Part shown: one piece after another, positions 51,435-64,000 of the stretch
Layout: each line of letters begins with the position of its first letter
Numbering within the stretch: position 1 is the first letter of the stretch
Assembly (NCBI GenBank): GCA_002269645.1
Contig: NIVC01001499.1
Coordinates: 310,001 to 374,000 of the forward strand
Length of the DNA stretch: 64,000 nt
Reading direction: 5' to 3'
DNA from: Macrostomum lignano
Taxonomy: Eukaryota
Notes under the pieces: generated by a model
The model's input: the letters and a program-made list of their open reading frames with translations, nothing else
The model's database searches: none
Told to the model about the DNA's origin: nothing
Translations under genes and position numbers: made by a program

Positions 51435-52080
51435 TTAGGGTTGTGTTTATTCGGTAGGGTTGTGTTTATTGGGTCGGTTTAAGTTTATTGGGTTGGGTTG
51501 TGTTTATTGGGTCGCGTTGTGTTTACTGGGTCGGGTTGTGTTTATTGGGTTGGGTTGTGTTTATTGGGTTGGGTTGTGTTTATTGGGTTGGGTTGTGTTT
51601 ACTGGGTTGGGTTGTGTTTATTGGGTCGCGTTGTGTTTACTGGGTCGGGTTGTGTTTATTGGGTTGGGTTGTGTTTATTTGGTCGGGTTGTGTTCATTGG
51701 GTTGGGTTGTGTTTATTGGGTCGGACCGTCGGGTTGTGTTTATTGGATCGGGTTGTGTTTATTGGGTTGGATTGTGTTTATTGGGTCGGACCGTCGGGTT
51801 GTGTTTATTGGGTCGGATTGTGTTTATTGGGTTGGATTGTGTGTATTGGGTCGGACTGTCGGATTGTGTTTATTGGGTCGGATTGTGTTCATTGGGTTGA
51901 GTGTGTTTATTGGGTCGGGTTGTGTTTATTGGGTTGAATTCGTTTTTTGGGCCGGGTTATGCTTTTGGGCCGACTGAGTGTTAATTGGACTGATGTGTTT
52001 ACTGGGTAGGGTTGTGTTTAACTAGTAGGATTGTGTTTATTGGGTCGGGTTGTGTTTATTGGGTAGGGTTGTGTTTAATG
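51435..52080. repeat. 19-bp minisatellite (GGGTTGTGTTTATTGGGT[C/T])n
   Basis: direct reading; HDAC intron 3. Confidence 0.93.
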
Positions 52081-52219
52081 TGATTTAGGTCGGCAGTGTA
52101 TTTATTGTGTAGATTGTGTCTCTAATTGGTTGACTGTCAAATGTTTATGAAGTAGTAACCGTTTACTGGGTTATGTCTAATGTTTTTTAAGGTCACATCA
52201 TTTAGCAAAACCTACGCAC

Positions 52220-52529
52220 CTGAGAATGCTCAGCGTGATGACCAGGCGGCCTGATCAGCGCCAGACCGTTTCTACAATCGCCCAAAGCGATTCTCTGGCA
52301 CAACTCCAGCAGTACGCCAACAGCCAGCCGGCAGGCCTGAGCTGTGCCGCCTTCGATCCACACCGTGTCCGTGTCTACGCCAAACCCGCCGCATGGTAGC
52401 TGGGCGAATTTGAAATTCAATAGCAGAGTAGGATCTAATCTAGTGCGCTGGGAAGGCTGAGTGGCGTGTAGGACGCTGTACATCTCGTCGTGGCAGAGGC
52501 GCAGCTCTTCAATGGTGGCTTTGCGAGAT
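52220..52529 (-). CDS. HDAC4: Class IIa HDAC, exon 3
   Basis: tttag|ATC phase 2, CAG|gtgcg; RKATIEEL, LPCGGFGVDTDTVW, IRPPGHHAE. Confidence 0.95.
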
Positions 52530-52699
52530 CTAAATTCAAAATTAGAGGAGTGGGTGGTTAAGGCGTGAGAATAGTCCTGACGTGAGGTAGGATATGAGAA
52601 GTTGAGATGAACAATTTGTGATAAATTAACATTCTGAGGTGTGATAAGATGAGATTGCAATTTGGATGAGATCTGCAGGGTTGAGTTACTAAAAGTACA

Positions 52700-53131
52700 G
52701 ACAAATTTCTTGCACTTATTACGTTACCAAAAGTACATACGTAATTGATTGAATAATTAAATACTATAGTACAAGGATACTGATGAAACTCTAGAATTAG
52801 TAAAAGTACCAACATAATAAATGTACTAATAATAGATTACTAAAAGTACAAACCTAATTATGGCACGATTATTAAATTACAGAAAGTACAAACCGACTTA
52901 TATTGCACTATTAATAAATTACTCTAAAAGTTAATCATCGCAGCAGTAAGGAATTACTAAAAGTACAAACAAAATAATGTCGTACTTGATTCCTAAAAGT
53001 TCAAACAAAATTGTTGAACTACTAAATAACTAAAAGTACAAATCTATTTAGACCGCAATCAATAAAGAAATAACTAAAAGTACAAATCTATTTAGACCGC
53101 AATCAATAAAGAAATAACTAAAAGTACAAAC
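52700..53131. repeat. Degenerate ACTAAAAGTACAAA[C/T] repeats with a roughly 51-bp terminal duplication
   Basis: direct reading; HDAC intron 2. Confidence 0.7.
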
Positions 53132-54381
53132 CTAAATCGCAGACACCTGGCTGCCAGTCCGCATTCAACCAACCGTTGCCAGACCAACTCTAACCGGAAC
53201 GGGTTCTCCGGGTGCAGCCCGCTCTGATTGCACATACACCTGTGCGCCAGCATGCCTTCGTCATAAGCCAGTGCCGTGCCATTAGGCGATGCAGATGCAC
53301 CAGTAGCATCGCCCGAGTCTCGACTATGAACATCTTGATCCTCGGCGTCAACTGGTTCATCTTCAATAATTTTCTCTTCGCGAATTAACGAACTGGAATC
53401 CGAAACGCTTGAAGCTGCAGCACCAGCACCAGCTGCCAGCAATGGCGGGAAGGCTCCGCTAAAAGATTCCGCTACAGTAGATTGGATAGAGGAACCAATA
53501 TTGCTGCTTGAACACGAAGCTACTGACCCAGCTGCAGTAGTATTACTATTAGTAGCATCGTCTGCCGATCCTGCGCGATGCAGCACTTTATTGCGTAACT
53601 GAGCTTTCACGGCTGCAGACTTTGCTTTTAATTGCTGCTGCTGCTGCTGGTGAGGATTAGTTGCGGTTGCAGATGGTGGCGGAGGAGGCAGCAGCATCGG
53701 TAGAGGGGCGGATCGAGTCCTACTCAACTGTTTATCCTGAGCTGCCCGACGCCGGGGCAGCGACTCGGCTGGCCGACACAAGCCGGAAGCGGCGGCCGCT
53801 ACTAAACCGGGAGCTCCGGTCATTGAACAGCAGATACCGCCAGACTGTCTGCTGCTTTTAGAGGCAGATGCGGTGACGGATGCGGCAGTGTTGGAGGAAC
53901 CACTGGCTGACGCTGCTGCAGATGCCGCAGCAGCAGCCGCCGCTGCGACGGCAAAATAATGAGCGCCAGACAGATTAGGCAAAGAAGCGTGATGAAAACT
54001 CTGTTGCTGTTGCAACTGTTGCTGCTGTTGTTGAAGCATCATCTGCTGCTGCTGCTGCTGGTCCAGGCTGCCACCGCCGCTGCTGCTGCCGCCGCTGCTG
54101 CCACCTCGTTCGAGAAAATATCGAATTCTTCTCTTAGCCGATCGGTCTAACACGCCCGAGCCGCCTCTGTGATGATGATGGTGATGATGATGCTGCGGTG
54201 CCGGGTGATGATGCGGATGCGGATGCTGCTGGCTACGATTGTGATGATGATGATGCAGATGCTGTTGAAGCCGCAATGCGGCTGCTCGAACTTTTAAATT
54301 CGGCTCCGAGTTGGTCTTGCGCAGAGGAAAGTCGTCTTTGGACAGAGGGGAGCCCGATGGCAGGGGGAAAGTGTGCTGCGC
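53132..54381 (-). CDS. HDAC4: Class IIa HDAC, exon 2
   Basis: cgcag|GCG, TTTAG|gtttg; DDFPLRKTNSEPNLK and RTRSAPLP (14-3-3-site-like), HRCMCNQSGLHPE Zn motif; extends 35 codons upstream of the listed ORF. Confidence 0.9.
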
Positions 54382-54481
54382 CTGCGGGTGGGTGAGGACA
54401 ATTAAGGTCGAGCGTTTTTTTTACGTTGCTATAAGTGACTAACTGGACCAATTGAAGACACTGGTTTTTCTAAAGTCCTCT

Positions 54482-55212
54482 CTTGACCAATCAGAGACTG
54501 CTTAGATATTTTTACAGTTCTCTCTCCTGACCAATCAGAGACTGCTTAGATCTTTTAACAGTTCTCTCACCTGACCAATCAGAGACTGCTTAGATCTTTT
54601 AACAGTTCTCTCTCCTGACCAATCAGAGACTGCTTAGATCTTTTAACAGTTCTCTCACCTGACCAATCAGAGACTGCTTAGATCTTTTTACAGATATCTG
54701 TCCTGACCAATCAGACTGCTTAGATCTTTTAACAGTTCTCTCCTGACAAATCAGCAGAGACTGCTTAGATCTTTTAACAGATCTCTCTCCTGAGTCCTGA
54801 CCAATCAGAGACTGCTTAGATCTTTTAACAGTTCTCTCTCCTGACCAATCAGAGACTGCTTAGATCTTTGAACAGTTTTCTCCTGACCAATCAGCAGAGA
54901 CTGCTTGGATCTTTCAACAGATCTCTCTCCTGACCAATCAGAGACTGCTTAGATCTTTTAACAGTTTTCTCCTGACCAATCAGCAGAGACTGCTTGGATC
55001 TTTCAACAGATCTCTCTCCTGACCAATCAGAGACTGCTTAGATCTTTTAACAGTTTTCTCCTGACCAATCAGCAGAGACTGCTTGGATCTTTCAACAGAT
55101 CTCTCTCCTGACCGATCAGAGACTGCTTAGGTCTTTTAACAGCTCCCTATCTCTCTCTTGACCAATCAAGGACAGGATCTTCTTACGCTTCTCTCTCCTG
55201 ACCAATCAGATA
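54482..55212. repeat. About 44-bp minisatellite containing GACCAATCAG
   Basis: direct reading; HDAC intron 1. Confidence 0.93.
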
Positions 55213-55252
55213 ACAGAAACGTCAATGAAACAACTAGCCAATCAAGTCTCAC

Positions 55253-55666
55253 CTGCCATTGACTTGGAGGCGAACCGGCCGATTCAAAGCTACTCTGAGG
55301 CGATGCCCATTCTGGTGGAGAATTTGACTGTTCTCTAATTTTCTGCTTACTCAATATGACCTCCTGCAGTTTCTGGCGAACTTGCTGATGCGATATGGCC
55401 GCCGCAGACGCGGATGTACCAGAAGTGGACGCTGTTGTAGACACTGCAGCAGCTGCCGAGGAACCAACAGCAGTTGTAGCCTCATCGAAACTATTCTGCC
55501 TAGGAAGCATGGGAGGTCGGACCCTTTCAGTGCCAAAGTTAATACTAGAAAATGGATTCACAGCTTGCTGCTGCTGTTGCTGCTGCTGACAGAGGACATT
55601 GGATTGAATTGGAGCAGCCTCAGATTGGCTGGAGCTTGACCGAGAATCAGGTGGCAGAGTGTTCAT
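55253..55666 (-). CDS. HDAC4: Class IIa HDAC, exon 1 (MEF2-binding-like segment)
   Basis: tgcag|GAATG then ATG; VRQKLQEVILSK resembles HDAC4 VKMKLQEFVLNK; CAG|gtgag donor. Confidence 0.8.
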
Positions 55667-55891
55667 TCCTGCAGTGAAAATTGCTAACAAGGTTCAATTA
55701 AAACATACCCAAAGTTATATGAAATAGTAAATAAATATTTAAATAAGCATTACAAAATATCTGCGATGTTTTAATTTTAGTGGGTTACTTTCAAATATAT
55801 GTACATTGAATTAATTTAAGGATGTTAATATGATTGCTAATCATTAAAGTTCTTAAGCTTGGAACTAAAATGCCAAATGCGACTGTAATTT

Positions 55892-56254
55892 TTTTTTATT
55901 AGAGGCAGGGGGGTTGTGTGCACCCTGGCGCAATTTAAGCGTCATTGGCACACAACTGGCGAGAGGCATTACTGCCCATTCCGCCGACTCCCCTGAGCAG
56001 GCATACAAGCGCGCGGATACGTACGCAGGCACACACTCACACAGGAGTGTACAGCAGCCCTAACTTTATATTATCGTTAGGCTTGTACACTTCACTGCGC
56101 CTTGGGGGGTTGGCTCTCAAGGCCGTTAATTGCACAAGCGAGCCAAGCCAAGATTCCAATCCAGCCCCAAATTAATGTGGCTGCACTTGGAATTGAGCCT
56201 GGGTTGCGGCACACCAGAGCAGCTGCGCTACCGCTGGGCTACGGCCCCCCTAAT
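55892..56254 (-). mobile_element. Full-length family-2 SINE with poly(A) tail and 11-bp TSD
   Basis: A box TAGCCCAGCGG, B-box-like GGCTCAATTCC, A tail; GACTGTAATTT at 55881-55891 and 56255-56265. Confidence 0.85.
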
Positions 56255-58053
56255 GACTGTAATTTAGATGCTTATTAAAAATTTAGAATGGATCATTATA
56301 ATGACAAGGCCTAATCAATACATTTTAGCTAGCAATATGCCTAAAAAACTAAAACTGATATTTTTATCAACTAGCTCTAGTTTACATAAAACTCAAAACA
56401 ACCAATAGGAACTATTATATTTTATTAGGATATTTCTAAGCAAATTAGAAAACTTATTTAATAACCAAGACTTTATAATCCTAGCTATTTAATTTATAAA
56501 AACTAAATAACATATAGATATAGCATATAGTCATAAATCTTAAGTCTAAAAAATCTCAAAAATGTTATCATTCAACCCCTAATATGCTTGTAGCATACTG
56601 CTAATAAGTGATAATTTAAACATTTACTATCATTTTGTATTTCTTCACTATATAATAACAAATGATAAACGAACTACCGCCATTGGATTTAATATCATTA
56701 AAAGTTAAAGGTTCTTTATAAGAAATCAATTGTTTTAAATGGAGATATAGATAGGATATAGAAAACTAGATATGGCAAAAAACATAGATTTGGAAAGATT
56801 TTGGTTAGTGGAACTTTATATTATTAAAAAACTAACATATTTACATAGAAAAAATTAGTTTTTTTTACTTATATTGAATTTTAAAATATAAGTAAAGTAA
56901 TATCTTAAAAATGATTTAATTTAATATATAATATAAAAAATACTTTTTAATAGGCCTAATAATATTTTTGTTTATTTTCTATTTTTATCAAAAATATACA
57001 ATTTGAGTATATCAATTTGTTATATAAATAAAAACAATTTGGATGAACCAAACTTATTTAACTTAAATAATCTATTTAATTTATAATATAATTTTTTATT
57101 TATTGATGCAAGTTAGGTATATTTTTAAGGAAAAAAGGCTCATTATAGGCCTATAATAATATTAATTTATAAATGCTCAAAGGATAATCATTTTCTTATT
57201 ATTGGTTCAATATTAAAAACCAAAAACAATTTAAAAGACTCCAAACAATATTGGGCAATTTATAGATAGGCCTAAATCATAACTGGTAGTAGTTGATCTA
57301 GTAATATAATGCCAATGACAATGGTTGGTCTATATATATAAGTGACATAAATATGCATAGGTATGCATATTTGCAAAAAATGCATTAGGCCCTAGGCCTC
57401 TATGATGTTGTCAGTAAAGGTGGCCCTGACAAGGGCCATTTTAGCAAAAGAAGTACCATTTTATAATATTGCTAATTTGATGTCATTTAGATAGTCTCAT
57501 ACTTTACCATCTGCTTATAGTAACATCTAAGGAATTTCAACAACATTGCATGATGCTCATAAAGCCCATGTACAATGCAATCAATAATTTCTATTTTCAA
57601 GTTGGTTTTCTCGCCAGCCAATAGGAAGGCCACATATATTTTATGCTAACCTAAAATTAAAGCTTTCCTTGTGTGCTCACCCCTAGCCCACTTGTTATCA
57701 GTCTTGTCTGGATAGGGCATCCAAGGTTAGACCCTTTTTTGTTTTCTAGCCTGCATTCTCTTTCTCCCCACCTTTGCCAAGTTTACTCTACCAATTTCAA
57801 GCCATGCCACTACTAAGTTCCTCACCAGAGTGCTACCTCTATACCATTGTCATCATACTATCGCCACTTTATCACCATAGCCTATTAGCTATCTATCAAC
57901 ATTATTGTTGTTGCCTGCCGCAGTGCCCAAAGTACCATAGTTCCGGATTTAGCACCAAATCAGGCCCAGTCCCACTCTTATATTGCTAACTGGAATCTAT
58001 AATGAGTGAGCTTATAATCAAATAAATAATCGCCATCCACCATAACATAATAA

Positions 58054-58175
58054 TCCTATATACTAAAAATGAGTTGTCTGTATGTGGGTAGGTATGCGAT
58101 AGATTTCAGAAAAAATGGCTCAACCGATTTTCTTCAAACCTGCACCATTTGATCAGAAATTTTCCTGGGACGGTA
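58054..58175 (+). mobile_element. Helitron-like non-autonomous element 5' end
   Basis: A|TCCTATATACTAAAAATGAG, then a TGTCTGTATGTGGGTAGGTATG microsatellite-like run, then GGCTCAACCGATTTT; resembles invertebrate Lep1-type Helitron starts from memory; 3' end not seen. Confidence 0.5.
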
Positions 58176-58654
58176 CATGCATCTTGGCTAAGAAATTGCT
58201 CAATGTTAAAGGGATTAAATATTCGAAAAACCTGCTTTTTTGCAAAGGTCAAGCAGCTCTTTCGACCTAAAATTCATTGTAAGAATGCTAGAGAAAAAAC
58301 TGACTGGCTGAATTCCGATTGTGATAAAGATTGCATCACAACAAGTTGAAAACAGTGCCGAAGAAATGCACACACGACTTGATTTAAATTGCGTAACCAA
58401 TATTGCTAACTCAAATTGAGACTGATACTGGCTGACTGAGAAATTGATTATGTCATAACTTTTTACTTCAATTGACTTGCTGTAAGAATTGAATTATAAG
58501 GGCCACAATTCACGTTCTCCAATTGGAAAGATATAGCCAAGATGCAAACAGACTGGAATGCTAATGTAGCGACCTGGGTTCGAATCTTAGTAGTGCAAAA
58601 AGATTTTTTTTATCAAAACACCTTAAAAACACAACAAAACTGCTAAACATAATA

Positions 58655-61600
58655 GAAGCGCAATGTCAAACAACGAAGAGCCACCATGTCGAACATTATA
58701 GAGCCAACATTTCGAATATAAAAGAGTTACCATGTCAAACATAAAATAAGCACTATGTCAAACATATATGTGACTCCATGTCAACGATTAAAAAGCCACC
58801 ATTTCAAACATAGAAGAGCCACTATGTCAAACCTAAACAAGCCACCACGTCTAACATTTAAGAGCCACCATGTCAAACATTTAAGAGCCACCATGTCAAA
58901 CATTAAAGAGCCCCCATGTCAAACATTTAAGAGCCACCATGTCAAATATTTAAGAGCCACCATGTCAAACATATATGTGACTTTATGTCAAACTTTAAAG
59001 AGCCACCATTTCGAACATCAAATAGCCACTTTGTCGAAAATTAAAGAGCCACCGTGTCAAACATAGAAGAGCCACCATGTTAAACATAGAAGAGCCACCA
59101 TGTCAGACATTAAAAAGCCACCGTATCAAACATAAAAGAGTTACCATGTAGAACAAAAAACAGCCACCATGTCGAACATAAAAGAGCCAACATGTAGAAT
59201 ATTAAAGAGCCACCATGAAGAACATTAAAGAGCCACCATGAAGAACATTAAAGAGCCACCATGAAGAACATTAAAGAGCCACCATGTCAAACATAAAAGA
59301 GCCACCATGTCAGACATTAAAAAGCCACCGTATCAAACATAAAAGAGTTACCATGTAGAACATTAAAGAGCCACCATTTCAAACAGTAAAGAGCCACCAT
59401 GTCAAACATAAAAGAGCCACCATGTCAAACATTAAAAAGCCACCATGTCAAACATAAAAGAGCCACCATGTAGAATATTAAAGAGCCACCATGAAGAACA
59501 TTAAAGAGCCACCATGTCAAACATTTAAGAGCCACCATGTCAAACATTTAAGAGCCACCATCTCAAACATATATGTGACTTTATGTCAAACTTTAAAGAG
59601 CCACCATTTCGAACATTAAATAGCCACTTTGTCAAACACTAGAGAGCCGCCGTGTCAAACATAAAAGAGCCACCAGGTTAAACATTAAAGAGCCACCATG
59701 TCAGACATTAAAAAGCCACCGTATCAAACATAAAAGAATTACCGTGTAGAACATTAAAGAGCCACTATTTCACACAGTAAAGAGCCACCATGTCAAACAT
59801 AAAAGAGCCACCATGTCAAACATTAAAAAGCTACCATGTCGAACATAAAAGAGCCACCATGTCAAACATTAAAAAGCTACCATGTCGAACATTAAAGAGC
59901 TACCATGTCAAACATTAAAGAGCCACCATGTCAAACATTAAAGAGCCACCATGGCGAACATTAAAGAGCCACCATGGCAAACATTAAAGAGCCACCATGT
60001 CAAACATAAAAGAGCCACCATGTCAAACATTAAAAGTCACCATGCTAAACATTAAAGAGCCACCATATCAAGCATAAAAGAGGCACCATGTCAAACCTAA
60101 AAGAGCCATCATGTCAAACATTAAAAAGCTACCATGTCGAACATTAAAGAGCTACCATGTCAAACATTAAAGAGCTATCATGTCGAACACAAAATAGCCA
60201 CCATGTCAAACATTGAAGAGACACTATGTCAAACGTATACGTGACTCCATGTCAAACATAAAAGTGCCACCATGTCAAACTTTAAAGAGCCACCATGGCG
60301 AACATTAAAAAGCCACCATGTCAAACATAAAAGTGCCACCATGTCAAACATTAAAGAGCCACCATGTCGAACATTAAAGAGCCACCATGTCAAACACTAA
60401 AGAGCCACCATGGCGAACATTAAAGAGCCACCATGGCGAACATTAAAGAGCCACCATGTCAAACATAAAAGAGCCACCATGTCAAACATTAAAAGTCACC
60501 ATGCTAAACATTAAAGAGCCACCATATCAAGCATAAAAGAGCCACCATGTCAAACCTAAAAGAGCCATCATGTCAAACATAAAAGAGCCAACATGTCAAA
60601 CATAAAACAGCCAACATGTCAAACATAAAGAGCCACCATGTCAAACATTTAAGAGCCACCATGTCAAACATATATGTGACTTTGTGTCAAACATTAAAGA
60701 GCCACCTTTTCGAACATTAAAGAGCCACCATTTCGAACATTAAAGAGCCACCATGTCAAACATGAAAGAGCTATAACATGAAGAATATTAAAGAGCCACC
60801 ATGTCGAACATTTAAGAGCCACCATGTTAAACCTAAAAGAGCCACCATGTTAAACCTAAAAGAGCCACCATGTTAAACCTAAAAGAGCCACCATGTTAAA
60901 CCTAAAAGAGCCATCATGTTAAACCTAACAGAGCCATCATGTCAAACCTAAAAGAGCCACCATGTCGAACATTTAAGAGCCACAATGTAAAATATTAAAG
61001 AGCCACCATTTCGAACATATAAGTGACTTTATGTCAAACATTAAAGAGCCACCATGTCAAACATTAAAGAGCCACCATGTTAAACATAAAAGAGCCACCA
61101 TGTAGAATATTAAAGAGCCACTATGTTGAACATAAAACAGACACCAATAAAAACATAAAAGAGCCACCATGCCAAACATTAAAGAGCCACCATATCAAGC
61201 ATAAAAGAGGCACCATGTCAAACCTAAAAGAGCCATCATGTCAAACATAAAAGAGCCAACATGTCAAACATTAAAAAGCTACCATGTCGAACATTAAAGA
61301 GCTACCATGTCAAACATTAAAGAGCTATCATGTCGAACACAAAATAGCCACCATGTCAAACATTGAAGAGACACTATGTCAAACGTATACGTGACTCCAT
61401 GTCAAACATAAAAGTGCCACCATGTCAAACTTTAAAGAGCCACCATGGCGAACATTAAAAAGCCACCATGTCAAACATAAAAGTGCCACCATGTCAAACA
61501 TTAAAGAGCCACCATGTCGAACATTAAAGAGCCACCATGTCAAACACTAAAGAGCCACCATGGCGAACATTAAAGAGCCACCATGGCGAACATTAAAGAG

Positions 61601-64000
61601 CCACCATGTCAAACATAAAAGAGCCACCATGTCAAACATTAAAAGTCACCATGCTAAACATTAAAGAGCCACCATATCAAGCATAAAAGAGCCACCATGT
61701 CAAACCTAAAAGAGCCATCATGTCAAACATAAAAGAGCCAACATGTCAAACATAAAACAGCCAACATGTCAAACATAAAGAGCCACCATGTCAAACATTT
61801 AAGAGCCACCATGTCAAACATATATGTGACTTTGTGTCAAACATTAAAGAGCCACCTTTTCGAACATTAAAGAGCCACCATTTCGAACATTAAAGAGCCA
61901 CCATGTCAAACATGAAAGAGCTATAACATGAAGAATATTAAAGAGCCACCATGTCGAACATTTAAGAGCCACCATGTTAAACCTAAAAGAGCCACCATGT
62001 TAAACCTAAAAGAGCCACCATGTTAAACCTAAAAGAGCCACCATGTTAAACCTAAAAGAGCCATCATGTTAAACCTAACAGAGCCATCATGTCAAACCTA
62101 AAAGAGCCACCATGTCGAACATTTAAGAGCCACAATGTAAAATATTAAAGAGCCACCATTTCGAACATATAAGTGACTTTATGTCAAACATTAAAGAGCC
62201 ACCATGTCAAACATTAAAGAGCCACCATGTTAAACATAAAAGAGCCACCATGTAGAATATTAAAGAGCCACTATGTTGAACATAAAACAGACACCAATAA
62301 AAACATAAAAGAGCCACCATGCCAAACATTAAAGAGCCACCATATCAAGCATAAAAGAGGCACCATGTCAAACCTAAAAGAGCCATCATGTCAAACATAA
62401 AAGAGCCAACATGTCAAACATTAAAAAGCTACCATGTCGAACATTAAAGAGCTACCATGTCAAACATTAAAGAGCTATCATGTCGAACACAAAATAGCCA
62501 CCATGTCAAACATTGAAGAGACACTATGTCAAACGTATACGTGACTCCATGTCAAACATAAAAGTGCCACCATGTCAAACTTTAAAGAGCCACCATGGCG
62601 AACATTAAAAAGCCACCATGTCAAACATAAAAGTGCCACCATGTCAAACATTAAAGAGCCACCATGTCGAACATTAAAGAGCCACCATGTCAAACACTAA
62701 ACAGCCACCATGGCGAACATTAAAGAGCCACCATGGCGAACATTAAAGAGCCACCATGTCAAACATAAAAGAGCCACCATGTCAAACATTAAAAGTCACC
62801 ATGCTAAACATTAAAGAGCCACCATATCAAGCATAAAAGAGCCACCATGTCAAACCTAAAAGAGCCATCATGTCAAACATAAAAGAGCCAACATGTCAAA
62901 CATAAAACAGCCAACATGTCAAACATAAAGAGCCACCATGTCAAACATTTAAGAGCCACCATGTCAAACATATATGTGACTTTGTGTCAAACATTAAAGA
63001 GCCACCTTTTCGAACATTAAAGAGCCACCATTTCGAACATTAAAGAGCCACCATGTCAAACATGAAAGAGCTATAACATGAAGAATATTAAAGAGCCACC
63101 ATGTCGAACATTTAAGAGCCACCATGTTAAACCTAAAAGAGCCACCATGTTAAACCTAAAAGAGCCACCATGTTAAACCTAAAAGAGCCACCATGTTAAA
63201 CCTAAAAGAGCCATCATGTTAAACCTAACAGAGCCATCATGTCAAACCTAAAAGAGCCACCATGTCGAACATTTAAGAGCCACAATGTAAAATATTAAAG
63301 AGCCACCATTTCGAACATATAAGTGACTTTATGTCAAACATTAAAGAGCCACCATGTCAAACATTAAAGAGCCACCATGTTAAACATAAAAGAGCCACCA
63401 TGTAGAATATTAAAGAGCCACTATGTTGAACATTAAACAGCCATCATGTCAAACCTAAAAGATCCACCATTTCGAACACTTAAGAGCCACAATGTAGAAT
63501 ATTAAAGAGCTACCATGTCAAACATTTAAGAGCCACCATGTAAAACATTAAAGAGCCACCATTTGAAACATTAAAGAGTCACCATGTCAAACATTAAGGA
63601 GCCACCATGTCAAACATTTAGGAGCCACCATGTCAAACCTAAAAGAGCCACCATGTCAAACATAAAAGAGCCACCATGTCAAACATAAAAGAGCCACTAT
63701 GTCAAACATAAAAGAGCCACCATGAAAAACATTAAAGAGCCACTTTCTCGAACATTAAAGAGCCACCATGTCAAACATTTAAGAGCCACCATGTCAATTA
63801 TATATGTGTCTTTATGTCAAACATTAAAGAGCCACCATTTCGAACATTAAGGAGCCACCATGTCAAACATTTAAAAGCCTCCTTTTGAAACATTAAATAG
63901 CCACTTTGTCGAACATTAAAGAGCCACTGTGTCAAACATAAAAGAGCCACTGTTTCAAACATAAAAGAGCCACCAGGTTAAACATTAAAGAGCCACCATG
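58655..64000. repeat. 23-bp satellite (AAAGAGCCACCATGTCAAACATT)n with 1150-bp higher-order repeat
   Basis: diagnostic variant ACACTATGTCAAACGTATAC at 60221, 61371 and 62521; runs off the window end. Confidence 0.97.

Noticed and set aside
56300-57300. Very AT-rich tract as possible organellar insertion or origin
   Set aside because: No ORFs or RNA-gene motifs recognised; ordinary AT-rich intergenic DNA.
58510-58610. tRNA-like GGTTCGAATC motif
   Set aside because: Isolated B box with a poor A box; no cloverleaf and no match to the two SINE families.

Overview
Eukaryotic (animal) genomic DNA, not prokaryotic; no CRISPR array or rRNA gene seen. Four spliced protein-coding genes can be rebuilt from GT-AG sites with consistent reading phase. 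(1) A + strand nephrin/SYG-2/Sns-like Ig-superfamily receptor (about 8 Ig domains, FN3, TM, Q/P-rich tail; exons 6465-18945; 5' exons not found). (2) A + strand, roughly 813-aa multi-pass membrane protein I cannot assign to a family (24317-27737, 3 coding exons). (3) A - strand TBC1D12/14-like RabGAP (about 43993-30130, 3 exons). (4) A - strand class IIa histone deacetylase, HDAC4-like (55666-49365, 5 exons). About half the window is tandem repeat: nearly every long intron holds its own mini- or microsatellite, and a 23-bp satellite with a 1150-bp higher-order repeat fills 58.7-64 kb. Also present are two tRNA-derived SINE families (one with a MIR-like CORE), a roughly 670-bp foldback/MITE, a Helitron-like 5' end and a 4468-bp tandem duplication. 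Most long ORFs in the supplied track are repeat artefacts. The most unusual observations concern repeats and splicing: inverted minisatellite arms bracket an in-frame exon; one intron is almost wholly a SINE with duplicated CAG|GT ends; one minisatellite is flanked by a 29-bp duplication of a splice donor; and some arrays begin at the donor itself. A Macrostomum-like flatworm or other lophotrochozoan origin is only an inference from genome style. All coordinates, exon joins and alignments were made by eye.
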